DNA from: Squalus acanthias
Taxonomy: Eukaryota
NCBI GenBank assembly: GCA_030390025.1
Contig: CM059431.1
Coordinates: 130,822,001 to 130,886,000 of the forward strand
Length of the DNA: 64,000 nt
Direction of reading: 5' to 3'
The notes beneath the pieces are model-generated. The model was not told the origin of the DNA and ran no database searches. It saw only the letters and a list, made by a program, of their open reading frames with translations. A program made the position numbers and the translations under genes. Position 1 is the stretch's first letter, and the number at the start of each line of letters is the position of its first letter. Of this stretch, positions 1 through 13,237 are shown one piece after another.

Positions 1-885
1 ACCCTAGTGCTTGGTTTGCTTTTGTTATGGCCTTGGTAACCTGTGTCGCTACTTTCAGTGATTTGTGTATTTGTACTCTGAGATCCCTTTGTTCCTCTAC
101 CCCACCCAGGCTCACCCCCTCCAAGTAATAGGTGACCTCCTTATTATTCCTACCAAAATGTAATAACTCACATTTATCTGTGTTGAAATTTATTTGCCAA
201 TTATATGCCCATTCTACAAGTTTATTAATGTCCTCCTGTTATTTGTCCTCCTCAGTATTGACTATCCCTCCCAATTTGGTGTCATCCGCAAATTTAGAAA
301 TTGTGTTTTTGATTCCAAAGTCTAAATCGTTAATATAAATTGTGAACAACAGTAGTCCCAGCACTGATCCTTGTGGAACACCACTACCCACCTGCCACTG
401 TGAATAGCTACCCTTTACCCCTACTCTCTGCTTTCTGTCTTGAAGCCAGCTGCTACAATCTGTTACTTGTCCCCTGACTCCACATTCTCTGACCTTATTC
501 ATTAGTCTATTATGTGGTACTTTAGTGAAGACCTTTTGAAAATCTAGATAAATTACATCTACCGCATTACCCTTGTCTACTCTATCTGTTACCGCTTCAA
601 AAAATTCAATGAGGTTGGTCAAGCAAGACTTTCCCTTTTGAAATCCATGCTGACTATTCATTATTATATTTTTGGCTTCTAGATATTCTTCTATTTTCTC
701 CTATAGTAGGAATTCCATTATTTTTTCTACCACCGATGTTAAGCTGACTGCTCTATAATTCCCTGGACATGTTCTATCTCCCTTCTTAAATATAGGTATT
801 ATGTTAGCTATCCGCCAGGGACTGGCACTACACCTTTTTTTAGCGAATTATTAAATATGTGCAGTAATGCCTCTGCTATCTCTTT
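1..885 (-). mobile_element. CR1-clade LINE ORF2 fragment (reverse transcriptase), decayed
   Basis: ORF 239..661(-) has QHGF..GKSCLTNL, YLDFQK, GVPQGSVLG and FADDTK motifs. Homology continues on both sides with stops/frameshifts. Confidence 0.9.
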
Positions 886-1759
886 GTTTTGTTTATTAAA
901 TCAGTTGCTTAGCTTGATGACTTAATTTGAAATTGTAGGGTAAATTTTTCACTCCTAAAGCAGAGCCTTGCTCACCCAGAAATCACAGGATATCACACAC
1001 AGCCCATGATTTCCATGGCTACCCATGTGTGATTCCCCGATATGCTTTGCTGTAGGTGTGGCCCTTACCAGATGCATGCAAATGTATGTACTCTCATACA
1101 TAATAAGAACATAAAAAGCATTGACTGAGAAAAGACCAAGGCCATTCTTTCCACAAACCATCTATCACCTGATTTAACAGGAATTCTGCTCAACCCATTT
1201 AACCTCCGAAGGAAAGGATCTGCAAAGTTGTTCTCTCCCTTTCAAAGATAAATTGAGCAAAACTGCTGGATACATATCTCATCTTGCATTACTTACCACT
1301 GGTTGTCTACTCTGGTGTGACATTTCCAAAGTCCCAGCAGTTCAAGAATCATCCTGTTCGACACTGCATTCAATCATCAATATATATACCAATCCTTACT
1401 ACATGCTGAGAACCACTTCTTATGTTCTCAGTTTTACCAATTGAACAACAAATGTTACCTGACCATGGTAAGCACACAGAAGGGGAACATTCCATTACAC
1501 AAGTATGTGGCACAACGTGTTCATGTCATTAAATTGAATATCAGAGAATCCAAACCAAAAATATCTATACCAACATTGAGATTTATAGATAAGGATAGAA
1601 AATCGACTTGGATTTTCACAATTTGCTCATATTTTATTCATGTGACAAATACTTACCAAATATAGATTTTTACATAAGTCCGAACAGAATTCAAGCACAA
1701 CAGAAAAGGATGATAATTACATCAAGATGGTGGCCACAGCTATAGCACACTATCAATCA

Positions 1760-2815
1760 AAGGAAGATGGTTGTGGTAGTTGAAGGTCAATCATCACAGC
1801 CACAGGACATCGCTGCAGGAGTTCCTCAGGGCAATGTCCTAGGCCCAACCATCTTTAGCTGCTTCATCAATGACCTTCCCTCCAACATAAGGTCAGAAAT
1901 GGGGATGTTCGCTGATGACTGCACAGTGTTCAGTGACATTCATAACTCCTCAGATAATGAAGCAGTCCATGCCCGCATGCAACATGACCTGGACGACATT
2001 CAGGCTTGGGCTGATAAGTGGCAGGTAACATTCACGCCCCAGAAGTGCCAGGCAATAACTATTTCCAACAGCAAGAGTCTAACCACCGCCCCTTGACATT
2101 CAATGGCATTACCATCACCGAATCCCCCACCATCAACATCCTGAGGGTCACCATTGACCAGAAACTTAACTGGACCAGACACATAAATACTGTGGCAACA
2201 AGAGCAGGCCAGAGGCTAGGTATTCTGTGGCGAGTGTCTCACCTCCTGACTCCCCAAAGCCTTTCCACTATCTACAAAGCACAAGTAAGGAGTGTGATGG
2301 AATACTTTCCACTTGCCTGGATAAGTGCAGCTCCAACAACACTCAAGAAGCTCAATACCATCCAGGACAAAGCAGCCCACTTGATTGGCACTCCATCCAC
2401 CACCTTCAACATTCACTCCCTCCATCACCGGCGTACCGTGGATGCAGTGTGTACCATCTACAAGATGCACTGCAGCAACTTGGCAAGGCTTCTTTGGCAG
2501 CACCTCCCAAACCCGCGACCTCTTCCAACTAGAAGGACAAAGGCAGCAGGCGCATGGGAACACCACCATCTCCAAGTTCCCTGCCAAGTCACACACCATT
2601 CTGACTTAGAAGTATATCGCCAATCCTTCATCATCGCTGGGTCAAAATCCTGGAACTCCCTACCTAACAGCACTGTGGGAGTACCTTCACCACACGGACT
2701 GCAGCGGTTCAAGAAGGCGGCTCACAACCACCTTCTCAAGGGCAATTATGGATGGGCAATAAATGCTGGCCTTGCCAGCGATGCCCACATCCCATAAATG
2801 AATTTTAAAAATTGG
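1760..2815 (+). mobile_element. CR1/L2-group (Crack-like) LINE, 5'-truncated, with 3' end
   Basis: GVPQGNVLGP and FADD motifs, frameshift near 2070, C-terminal WNSLP, then AATAAA and an A-rich tail near 2810. Confidence 0.85.
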
Positions 2816-3449
2816 CATTTTCTCTTTACACATCCCTTCATATACCCAGCACTGCTCCATGCCTCAGTTTTTATAAAGCATGACAACCAAAATACCTTTT
2901 CAATCTCACAAAATGTATTGAAATCTCTTTCAGTTGAGAAAATGATTGTAAGATGTTCTGCTAATTATAATTTCACCTTACTACTGACCAGTTAATTCAT
3001 GTTAAAATAGCAAATGCAAACATTTAAAGTATGAACTCAAAAGGATCTTACAGATCATCAATCCCATTCTTCCACAGACTGTCTATAAACTAGACAATCA
3101 TGAAATCTACTCAACTCATTTAACCTCTAAAGGAAAGTTATGAACTGCAGTCTCTCAGACACTGCTAGAGTAGCTTGTAAAAGCAAATGTATTGTCATCA
3201 ACATTTTATGGTAGACTATGGAAGGTAATTGATAACTTTAGTAAAGTTCCAATAATGAATTCAGCAGAAAGTAATTTTGATGACTAACTTCATTAAGTGA
3301 GAGAACAAAATAAGCAATCATTCCAGTTGCCTTCACCCTAGGTTTGTAAAATAGAGGTGATTTTGTGAAGGGATGAGGGTAATGGTGTATACTGTATAGT
3401 TCAATGGTCCAGTGTATTCGATCTGAAGAGAGTGATATCTCCAACCTTA

Positions 3450-4273
3450 GGGCGCGATGGGGAGCCAGCCCTGGGGAGGCGGGTTTGGAGGCGGGACTGC
3501 CGGGAAAATGGCAGAATCTGGGGGTGGGTTCCCATCCCGCCCCCAACCCGCCTCCGTGCCATCTTCCCAGGAGGTGGGTAGCCGACCCGCTCCGGGTCCC
3601 GTCTCCTGGAGGCGGGAAGGGGATTACAGCTACTTATCTGCCTGTTAACAGGTAGTTAACAGGCAGATAAGAGGATTATCCCCATTTTACCCACACAAGT
3701 GCGGACTTCCCAAAGGCTGTGAACCCTGCCAGGGTCACCGAGGTGAGAAGTGGGTCTGCGGGGTGCAAAAGTGCGCTGTGAAGGTAAGTGTGGAGAGATA
3801 CGTATGTGAGGTGAGTGGAAAGTGTTAGAAAAAGTTTACTTACCTTTGTTTCTTCCTGCAGGCTTCAATCGTTGGGGATGCGGAGAGTCTCGCATCTCCG
3901 CGGCAGAGATGACAGATGGCTGCTGCATTCTGCAATGCAACAACCATCTAATTTCTGCTAAAGAAAGAAGTTTGATGAGTCTTCAATACAAGAACTCATA
4001 AAACTACAGAGAATGTCAGTGTTTGACAGCTTCACAGAGCTGTCAAACGATGACAATTCATCTGTCAAAAATTTTTGACAGATGAAACGTCATACACTGA
4101 CGTTCTCTGTAACCGGCTTCCCCTTAATTGGCCTGCTAAGCCCACTGGGCGGGCTTAACAAAGTCAATCAAAGGAAAATAGCGTGGGTTGGCCAGAAGTT
4201 GATGGAGGCGGGACTAAAACCTGACAAGTGGGAGTCCCACCTCCAAAAGCTCCCCATTGGCAAAATCCAGCCC
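3450..4273. mobile_element. Non-autonomous PIF/Harbinger-type element (MITE)
   Basis: GGGC...AAAATCCAGCCC termini flanked by TTA on both sides. The left end resembles 27742-28601. Confidence 0.65.
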
Positions 4274-4400
4274 TTAATGTTGCCGCTGTACTGTTTAATC
4301 CTATCCTGACACTTTTTTAGCTGACCTTTCTTGGATGCTTCCAACTTTGACCACATCGCAGAAATTGACAGTATCAGTTCGGGGATGGAGAAGAAAATAA

Positions 4401-5293
4401 GGGGGAAAAATTCAGTTGGTTGCGCCTCCCGTTAGCGCCTTAAGAGGGCGCTAATGGGGCGCAAAGCAGCTAGCGCCCGGGCGCGGCGAAGTTTGCGCCG
4501 CTCGCGAAATTAACTAGACATTTTGCGGCGGCGCTAAACACTACCGCCACGATCTCCTGCGCCGGCAGATCGTGACGTCAGTCGAGTGCGCCACGCCCCG
4601 GTATCGCCCCGGAGCGGATATTGAGTGGCGCCTCCTGCCTTACCGCCTGACGCTAGCAACGACAGGTTGAAGGGAGCGTTCTGCAGTCATGAAGTGAAAG
4701 GGGGAGCGCTATTTAAAGGTGACCGCTTCCTGCCTTTTATTGTTGGTGCCATTTTTGAACTACGCATTCTGAGAGAGAGAGAGAGAGACTTCTGGAGAGT
4801 TTCAACGTTGTGTGAAGGAGTTTTGGGTACTGAGCAGCACTTTGCAGGTTCATTTTGATTTGCCATTCCTTGTATCGATTTAGGAGAGACTGTGGGGGCT
4901 GCACTCTGAGCTCTTTGCCTCGTACTCTCCATTGTTCTTTCCAGCACATTTGATGTGCAGGTCTCTCCAGGCCGAGATTCAAGGCTGCAATGAGTAGGAT
5001 GTGGATGGAAAGCAAGATTAACCATCCCCTTTAAGAACTGGCCCGTGCCATTGTGTGTGTGTTCCATTGCTGACTGACATTACATGAGCTTCGCCAGCGC
5101 TCTGAGGTAGCGCCTCACTCCTCGGCCTTTGCGCCTTAAGACAGGTGTGAAGCGCCTGATTTAGCGCTCCATTCACCTCAGGGGTCGATAAAAGTGAAGT
5201 TTCCAGTCAGTGGCGATAATTAGCGGCAGGCGCTAATTTTTGCGCCCGGACGATATTTGCGCCCCAAACGGGGCGCGACTGAATTTTTCCCCC
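4401..5293. mobile_element. Harbinger-type MITE family A, copy 1
   Basis: Perfect 16-bp TIR GGGGGAAAAATTCAGT/ACTGAATTTTTCCCCC with TSD TAA. Homologous to 6714-7594 and 13719-14611. Confidence 0.9.
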
Positions 5294-5979
5294 TAAATGT
5301 TTTAAATGTTTATATTATATCATTAAAAAAATTACAAATGCAATAAAATACCGTATGAGAAACAGATTTGCTGATCATGAAATTTCACTGTACAAAAGCG
5401 CATACTCTTCAACTTAATGGTTCATTAATTATCAGGTCTTCTACAACAGTAAGGTATATTTAACTGTGATGCATCAAGTATCGTCAATGCCTTATACAGA
5501 CTAGTAAGGATAATGCCATAAGTGTGCAGACTTGTCTAATGTACTCAGGTTGTAAAATAGAGATCAGAGGGCTAACCATCAATGTACTAAATGTTAAAGT
5601 CACAGCAGGCTTCATTTTGATAGATTTCTGGGGTGAAGTAGGATGCTTCCAAAAGAAATATGTTTTTGGACGCTTAAAGTGATTGAATAAATTAAATATT
5701 ATCACCAAGAGAGAAAAAATCTGAGTGCTGTATTTCATAAAGTAAGATAAAACTGAATATTGCACATATGCAACGTTTTGTTCATTGTTCATTATATGTA
5801 ATCTATAATCGGGCGACAGAAATTTATTTTCAGGCGTCCATTTGAGGGGAAAGAGTTTAAGAACTGAATTTTATTTAGTTTGCTGCACAGCAAAACTGTC
5901 AAATGTCAGGATTCACAGTGAAATGACAAAACTACAGTGCAGCTCAGAGGTCATGTTCTGTCCCTCTCTATTTGTCACA

Positions 5980-6665
5980 ATGGATTTTGTCGTAAGCCTT
6001 GTAAAAGGCCCCGCAAGTTCCAGGATTCCGCAAGCGCTGCGCATGCGCAAAAACCCGGAACATGCGATCTGTCAAGGTTCGCCTCGACAGATCCTCTGAA
6101 CCGAAAGTAAAATCACTTTCGCTGGCACAGAGTTGGGCTACTTGCCCAACTACTGCCCAGCAAATGCCCACGAAACCCTGCTTTCACCAGTTAATATAAA
6201 TGTTAAATTAAAAACTTTTAAATAAAAAATTATCCGCAAGCATTTAAAATTAGTTTATGTAAATTTTGGCCCAGATTAAAATATTTAACATTATTTTTCA
6301 AAAATTTAAATTTTGATTGTAAATGCTTCATTAAAGGGACTTTTAATTAAATGTGAAAATGGGAACATTTATTTTTATTAGAATTATGTAAATTCTTAAT
6401 TATTTGGGGATTCCATTGCTTGTCATTAGGGGATTCCGTTCAGAAATGACAGCAATGGAATCCTCCTTTCTGATTGGAGGATCTGGCCCACATGATCCCA
6501 AGGACACTTCCAAACCGCCTGCGTCCCTGGGATCCTTGGGCCTTTACGCAGGCGTATGCCTGCAGGCCCAGGACCCGAAGCCAGGGAGCCAGCAGGTAAG
6601 TTCGTATTTTTTTTCGGGTCGGAGGTGTACTCCGGAGGTATGCCTCCGACCGCAAATTCCAGCCC
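5980..6665. mobile_element. Harbinger-type MITE family B, left end eroded
   Basis: Collinear with 54518-55251 (AT-rich core, GC-rich arms). Ends in AAATTCCAGCCC. Confidence 0.75.
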
Positions 6666-6713
6666 AGTGTATTTCTTTTATGGTGCTGTGGAAAAGCATA
6701 GATTAGAGACCAA

Positions 6714-7594
6714 GGGGGGAAAATTCGGTTGCTTTGCGCCTCCCGTTAGCGCCCTAAGAGGGTGCTAATGGGGCGCAAAGCAAGTTGTGCCTGGGCGCGG
6801 TGATGTTTGCGTGCCCGTGAAATTGACCAGACATTTTGTGGCGGCGCTAAACACTACCGCCACGATCTCCTGCGCCCGCAGATCATGACGTCAGTCGAGC
6901 GTGCAACACCCCAGTAGCGCCCCGGACCGGATATTGAGCGGCGCCCCCTGCCTTTCCGCCTGCCGCTAGCAACGACAAGTATAGAGGAACGTTTTGCAGT
7001 CGGGAAGGGACTGGGGGAGCACTATTTAAAGGCAGCCACTTCCTGCCTTTTTTTGTCGGCGACATTTTTGCACCACGCATTCTGAGAGAGAAAGAGACTT
7101 CTGGGGAGATTTAACGCTGTGTGAAGGAGTTTTGGGTACTGAGCAACACTTTGCAGGTTCATTTTGATTTGACCTTTCTTGCATCGATTTAGAAGAGACT
7201 TAGTGGGCTGCACTCTGAGCTCTTTCCCTGGGCCTCTCCATTGTTCTTTCCCGCAGAATTGATGTACAGGTCTCTCCAGGCCAAGATTCAAGGCTGCAAT
7301 GAGCAGGGTGTGGATGGAGAGCAAGATCGACCCTCCCTTTTAAGAACTGGCCGGTGTCTGTGTTCCATTGCTGACTGACATCACATGAGCTTCGCCAGTG
7401 CTCTGAGGTAGTGCCTCACTCCTCGGCGTTAGCGCCTTAAGAGAGGTGTGTAGCGCCTGATTTAGTGCTCCAATCACCTCCTGGTGCAATAGAAGCCAAG
7501 TTTGCAGTTGGAGGCGATAATTAGTGCCAGGCATTAAACTTTGCGCCCGGCCGATAATTGCGCCCCAAATGGGGCGATACCGAATTTCTCCCCC
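6714..7594. mobile_element. Harbinger-type MITE family A, copy 2
   Basis: TIR GGGGGGAAAATTCGGT/ACCGAATTTCTCCCCC with TSD CAA. Homologous to 4401-5293. Confidence 0.88.
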
Positions 7595-8189
7595 CAAGTG
7601 TTCCCCCAAGGAGCAGAAGGGAAAATTGTAGTGTGAGTTCTCCACAGGTCACTCTGGCACATTTTCTCATTATATGTTTACATACTTCAGAATGGCACTG
7701 ATGGAGGCCTGGAACCAATCTGCCTGTGAGATCTCTCGCACGTGGTTAATACATGGCATGGAGGGAACTTATCGGAAGAGGAGAAAATAAACTCCAAAAA
7801 ACATTTTTTCCTCTGTGGGTTAGCATTCATGAAGATGTAGTTGTGCCTGAACAAGGCACCAAGCCCAGTAGAAAAAAGAAACATTCGTCCATTCATAGCA
7901 CTACTTTTGAGTCTTGCTCCCATCACAAAATTTGTGATCTGAAATTAGTGAAAAAATGTGCTTGTTATGACTTTGTTAAAGATTAACCTTGAGAAACTCA
8001 TGCAGAATGGCACAATGGGTGAGATATAAAAAAAAAATAAGTCATTTTATAACTTAGAACCGGCATTAGTCAGCTGAATAAAGGGAAAGACTTTTTTATC
8101 ACAACAGTACTAAACAAAACTGAATACTGTCGATGAGTTTTCAACCCTACAACATTGATGCAGTGGCCATTACAAAATATCTCTTAATG

Positions 8190-9000
8190 CAACAGAGGAG
8201 GTAGGAAGACTAGCTTATCAGGGTAGAGGAGACATTACTATTGCAGACAGCAGATCTATCACAACAGAATCAGCTATCTGAACATGATGCAGGAGGCTCC
8301 AGTTCAGTAGGGAGTTGACTGAGCTGTGCCACCAGGTTCACGATGACCTCCAGGAAAAGTCAGCTATCCATATCTATGACAGTGAAGGTTACCAGTTCTG
8401 TCAACTTTTATTTCACAGGAACCTTTCAGACATCCATAGTATACATCAACTGAGTCAGTCACTTTGTCATGAGCCACTCCATTAATGAGAAATTGAAGCC
8501 TTATTTTGCTACACAACCACCTATATACAACTCAGCGCCAGCCAATGCAGCAAAAGTAGAGGCAGCCACAATTTTATTACAAAATATCATTGACTTTAAA
8601 TATGTAGCCATTTGTGTGTCCTCTATGACATGTCTAAATAGGAAAGGTTATTTAGTCACTGCCAGAAAATAATGAACATCAGTGCTTGCTTCCTAGAAAG
8701 TATGCATGGTGGATTAATTTGAAGGCAGTCAAATGTGACCCAGCTTTTAAAGCAGAAAGGATAGATATCTCACTCCTTGGCAATATGGACTAGCAGTGCA
8801 ACTACAGCTCATCATGCCTCTCTATAACACTGAGTCCTAACAGAGAACAGAGAATTTGGTCAACCTCAAGTCGATATTTGAGGTGCTGCAGCAGTGTTTT
8901 GAATGTTTGAACCACTCAGAGAGTGGAGAAGCCATATAATATGCCCCAGAGAAGGTCAGCAATATTTATATGTTGCATGCTGTACAATGTTGACATGACT
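8190..9000 (+). pseudogene. Highly decayed Harbinger (HARBI1-like DDE) transposase
   Basis: Fragments in the correct order: LTELCH, TVKVT..NFYFTGTFQ, IIDFKYVAI (cf. AIDxTHVAL), NRKGY, CCMLYN (cf. CCMLHN at 22620). Many stops. Confidence 0.6.
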
Positions 9001-10361
9001 TCTGAATTCGACCTTCATGGTTGTCCGCATGTGTTCTTCAAGCAAATTGAAACCAGCCATGACCGCATGGTCCAATCTATTCATGCCACCTTGCACCACT
9101 ATGTGTAGGGAGTATATAGAGGCATTGGCTGCTCAACATGGCCCACTCATTATAGTTTCCTTTGTTAGAAAGCAGGCCCGCTAAAGTTTCTATCCTGAGA
9201 CAACTGGGGAGGGGCACTCTGCATGCTAGAACTCATGGCTTTCACCATACTTCACCATGTACTTCTTCAACCATGTCACTCTATCTTTGTTTTGAACTGT
9301 CTTTCTGTGTGGTGGTGCTAATTTTAAGTGTGTGTGATGATAGTATTTTCCCTGCTGACTATTCCTCTCCAACTGCATGCTTCAGAATACTTGATTCTCC
9401 TTAGTGTGAGAAGAAACAAATTGGACATTGCCTGTTGTGCTAGTGCAGATTAGGTGCAGGGGGATTGCAAAACTGGGTAAGCAGACCTTTGGTCTGTTTC
9501 TCATCCAGGTTCCACGGAGAGCATTTTTGGTGGTGTCTTTATATAAATACTGCCTTGCCACTATCCCAGGAAGAGGTAGTAACAGGGTCAGATGGCAGGA
9601 AAATCTGCTGGGAATCTGGGCCCCACATCTCCACCGGCATTTACATGCAATGGGCAGGGAAGGGTTGGCCAGTGGCAGTCCCGGCTGGGCCGGGGAGAGG
9701 GAAGCTAAGGTTGGGATGAGGAAGCAGCAATAGACCTCGCCGCCTAATTTTCCCTGCTGTTTCCAGTGCTATCCCTCCCAATTTCCCACAGGATAGCAGA
9801 GGAAAATCCAGATGTAACTGTCTCCCTTGAGGGAAATGGTAATGAGGGAGTGACAACACCACGTCACCTTCAAATGCTTGTTAATGTCCTGCTAATTCTT
9901 TGTCACGGCCATCTGGCCATAGGGGATAAATGGCCTATGGATAGAATAAAGAAACTCAGACCTTCTGCAAACAAAGAAATTGTGGTTTTTTTTCCCATAC
10001 TGTGCAGAATTGTGGAAAATATAACCTGGGGTAACAGTTAGCATTTAGGTTAAATTCTGGTTTTGAGGATTCAAACGCTAGGCCACATTTACATTGCCTT
10101 GGTGTGTTAGTCAAAATGGCAGCATTTCTTGGTCTTGCTCCTTAAAATTAGTCAAACTAGTGTGTTATAGAACAGATTAATCTGAAGAACCTCTCTCATT
10201 TTGGTTGTATGCACACTCGACTGGCAGCTGCTATATATGTGTATATTTTAAAATATATCATTTTCACTATGCTTTCCTTTGTTGTAACAAACAATAGCTG
10301 CTCCACAGAAAACACTGGAAAAACTCAGCAGGCCAGGCAACATCCGTGGAGAGAGAAAGAG

Positions 10362-10400
10362 AGTTAACGTTTCAGGTCGATGACCTTTCGTCAGAACTGG
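10362..10400 (-). ncRNA. Minimal hammerhead ribozyme motif (Penelope pLTR), inverted copy
   Basis: Reverse complement reads AGTT-CTGACGA-A-AGGTC-ATC-GACCT-GAAAC-GTT-AACT. Confidence 0.75.
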
Positions 10401-10677
10401 GAAGAGCCGGAAATCAAATAGATTTAAGGCCAGGGTAAAGCTGGGAAAAGGGGGAGGGGATTAAAGAACAAAGGGGGAGATGAAGAGACATTAAGAGACA
10501 TTAAGAGATATGCAAGGCTAGAGGTGGTGTTAATGTGACAGATTAAGGCTGAAAGAAGTGTGAAATCCACTGGCAGAATGAAGGACAGCTGCCAGCTTCT
10601 AGCAGGAAAAAAAAGGTGGGGGGGGGGGCAAATAAAAGGGTGGAAAAAATAAAATATAAATGTGATTGGAGCTGAGG

Positions 10678-11412
10678 TTATGATCTAAAATTGTTGAACT
10701 CGATATTGAGTCCAGAGGGCTGTAGCGTGCCTAAACGAAAGATGAGGTGCTGTTCCTCGAGCTTACGCTGCGCTTCCGTGGAACAGTGTAATAGGCCGAG
10801 GACGGTGAGGTCAGAGTGGGAGTGAAGCGGTGAATTAAAGTGACAGGCGACCGGGAGCTCGGGGTCCCCCTTACGGACTGAATGGAGGTGTTCCGCAAAG
10901 CAGTCACCCAATCTGCGTTTGGTCTCCCCAATGTAGAGGAGACCACATCGTGAGCAGCGAATACAGTATACTAAATTGCAGGAAGTACAAGTAAATCGCT
11001 GTTTCACCTGGAAGGGGTGTTTGGGGCCCTGGACTGTGGGAAGAGGGGAGGTGTAAGGGCATGTGTTGCATCTCCTGCGCGTGCACAGGAAGGTGCCGGG
11101 CGAAGGGGAAGGGGTGCTGGGGGTGGTAGAGGAGTGGACTAGGGTGTCGTGGAGGGAGCGGTCCCTGCGGAATGCTGAAAGGGGAGGTGAGGGGAAGATG
11201 TGTTTGGTGGTGGGATCACGCTGGAGGTGGCGGAAATGGCGGAGGATGATCCGTTGAATGTGGAGGCTGGTGGGGTGAAAGGTGAGGACAAGGGGAACCC
11301 TATCGTGGTTCCGGGAGGGAGGGGCAGGGGTGAGGGCAGAAGTGCGGGAGATAGAACGGACACGGTCGAGGGCCGTGTCGACCACGGTAGAGGGGAATCC
11401 TCGGTTGAGGAA
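10678..11412 (-). pseudogene. Penelope ORF C-terminus (thumb/linker plus GIY-YIG endonuclease), inverted copy
   Basis: CTRRRCNTC, NLVYCIRCSRCGLLYIGETKRRL and HFN...GLNIE motifs. Truncated at 11412. Confidence 0.9.
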
Positions 11413-12920
11413 CTTATCTCTTCCTATCTCGACTCTATTTTTTCTCCCCTTGTCCAGTCTCTTCCCACCTACATCCGCGACTCTTCCGATGCCCTCCGCC
11501 ATTTTAACAGTTTCCAGTTTCCCGGCCCCAACCGTCTCCTCTTCACTATGGATGTACAATCCCTCTACACCTCCATTCCCCACCAGGATGGCCTGAGGGC
11601 GCTCCGCTTCTTCCTTGAACAGAGGCCCAACCAGTCCCCATCCACCACCACCACCCTCCTCCGCCTGGCTGAACTTGTTCTCACATTGAACAACTTCTCC
11701 TTTGACTCCACTCACTTCCTCCAAATCAAAGGTGTTGCTATGGGAACCCGCATGGGTCCTAGCTATGTCTGCTTTTTTGTGGGATATGTAGAACACTCTT
11801 TGTTCCAGTCCTACTCAGGTCCCCTCCCTCACCTCTTTTTCCGGTACATTGATGAATGTATCAGTGCCGTTTCCTACTCTCGCCCTGAACTAGATAATTT
11901 CATTCACTTTGCTTCCAATTTCCACCCTTCCCTCACCTTCACATGGTCCATCTCCGACTCTTCCCTTCCCTTCCCTTCCTCGACTTCTCCGTCTCCATCT
12001 CTGGGGATAGGTTATTGACAAACATTCACTACAAGCCCACTGACACCCACAGCTACCTGGACTACACTGCCTCCCACCCTGCCTCCTGTAAGGACTCTAT
12101 TCCATTCTCCCAGTTACTCCGTCTCCGCCGCATCTGCTCTTACAATGCCACCTTCCATACCAGTGCTTCTGACATGTCTTCCTTTTTCCTCAACCAAGGA
12201 TTCCCCTCTACAGTGGTTGACACGGCCCTTGACCGTGTCCGTTCTATCTCCCACACTTCTGCCCTCACCCCTGCCCCTCCCTCCCGGAACCACGACAGAG
12301 TTCCCCTTGTCCTCACCTTTCACCCCACCAGCGTCCACATTCAACGGATCATCCTCCGCCATTTCCGCCACCTCCAGCGTGATCCCACCACCAAACACAT
12401 CTTCCCCTCACCTCCCCTTTCAGCATTCCGCAGGGACCGCTCCCTCCGCGACACCCTAGTCCACTCCTCTACCACGCCCAGCACCCCTTCCCCTTCGCCC
12501 GGCACCTTCCCGTGCACGCGCAGGAGATGCAACACATGCCCTCACACCTCCCCTCTTCCCACTGTCCAGGGCCCCAAACACCCCTTCCAGGTGAAACAGC
12601 GATTTACTTGTACTTCCTGCAATTTAGTATACTGTATTCGCTGCTCACGATGTGGTCTCCTCTACATTGGGGAGACCAAACGCAGATTGGGTGACCGCTT
12701 TGCGGAACACCTCCGTTCAGTCCGTAAGGGGGACCCCGAGCTCCCGGTCGCCTGTCACTTTAATTCACCGCTTCACTCCCACTCTGACCTCACCGTCCTC
12801 GGCCTATTACACTGTTCCACGGAAGCGCAGCGTAAGCTCAAGGAACAGCACCTCATCTTTCGTTTAGGCACGCTACAGCCCTCTGGCCTAAATATCGAGT
12901 TCAACAATTTTAGATCATAA
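11413..12920 (+). pseudogene. Penelope RT plus GIY-YIG endonuclease, 5'-truncated and frameshifted
   Basis: TMDVQSLYTSIPH, GVAMGTRMGP and FRYIDE (catalytic YIDD altered) motifs. Frameshift in a TTCCC run near 11960-11980, then VYCI..YIGET. Confidence 0.92.
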
Positions 12921-13198
12921 CCTCAGCTCCAATCACATTTATATTTTATTTTTTCCACCCTTTTATTTGCCCCCCCCCCCCACCTTTTTTTTCCTCCTAG
13001 AAGCTGGCAGCTGTCCTTCATTCTGCCAGTGGATTTCACACTTCTTTCAGCCTTAATCTGTCACATTAACACCACCTCTAGCCTTGCATATCTCTTAATG
13101 TCTCTTAATGTCTCTTCATCTCCCCCTTTGTTCCTTTATCCCCTCCCCCTTTTCCCAGCTTTACCCTGGCCTTAAATCTATTTGATTTCCGGCTCTTT

Positions 13199-13237
13199 CC
13201 AGTTCTGACGAAAGGTCATCGACCTGAAACGTTAACT
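13199..13237 (+). ncRNA. Minimal hammerhead ribozyme motif (Penelope pLTR)
   Basis: CTGACGA core, stem II AGGTC/GACCT, GAAA, palindromic AACGTT helix III and AGTT/AACT helix I. Confidence 0.75.

Noticed and set aside
1100..3140. Diverged duplicate segments at about 1130-1220 and 3050-3140
   Set aside because: Most likely two ancient LINE 3'-end remnants, too decayed to call.
4687..5067. Recurrent ORF MEHTHNGTGQFLKG… (also 13852-14385)
   Set aside because: It is shared because the MITE copies are recent. It is disrupted in the third copy and has no recognisable domain.
7687..7940. Minus-strand exon after the strong acceptor TTTTTTCACTAATTTCAG
   Set aside because: No recognisable protein or convincing donor, so support is insufficient.
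10678..12018. 372-aa (-) and 272-aa (+) ORFs as novel fusion proteins
   Set aside because: Their N-termini are antisense read-through across the Penelope inversion junction at 11412.
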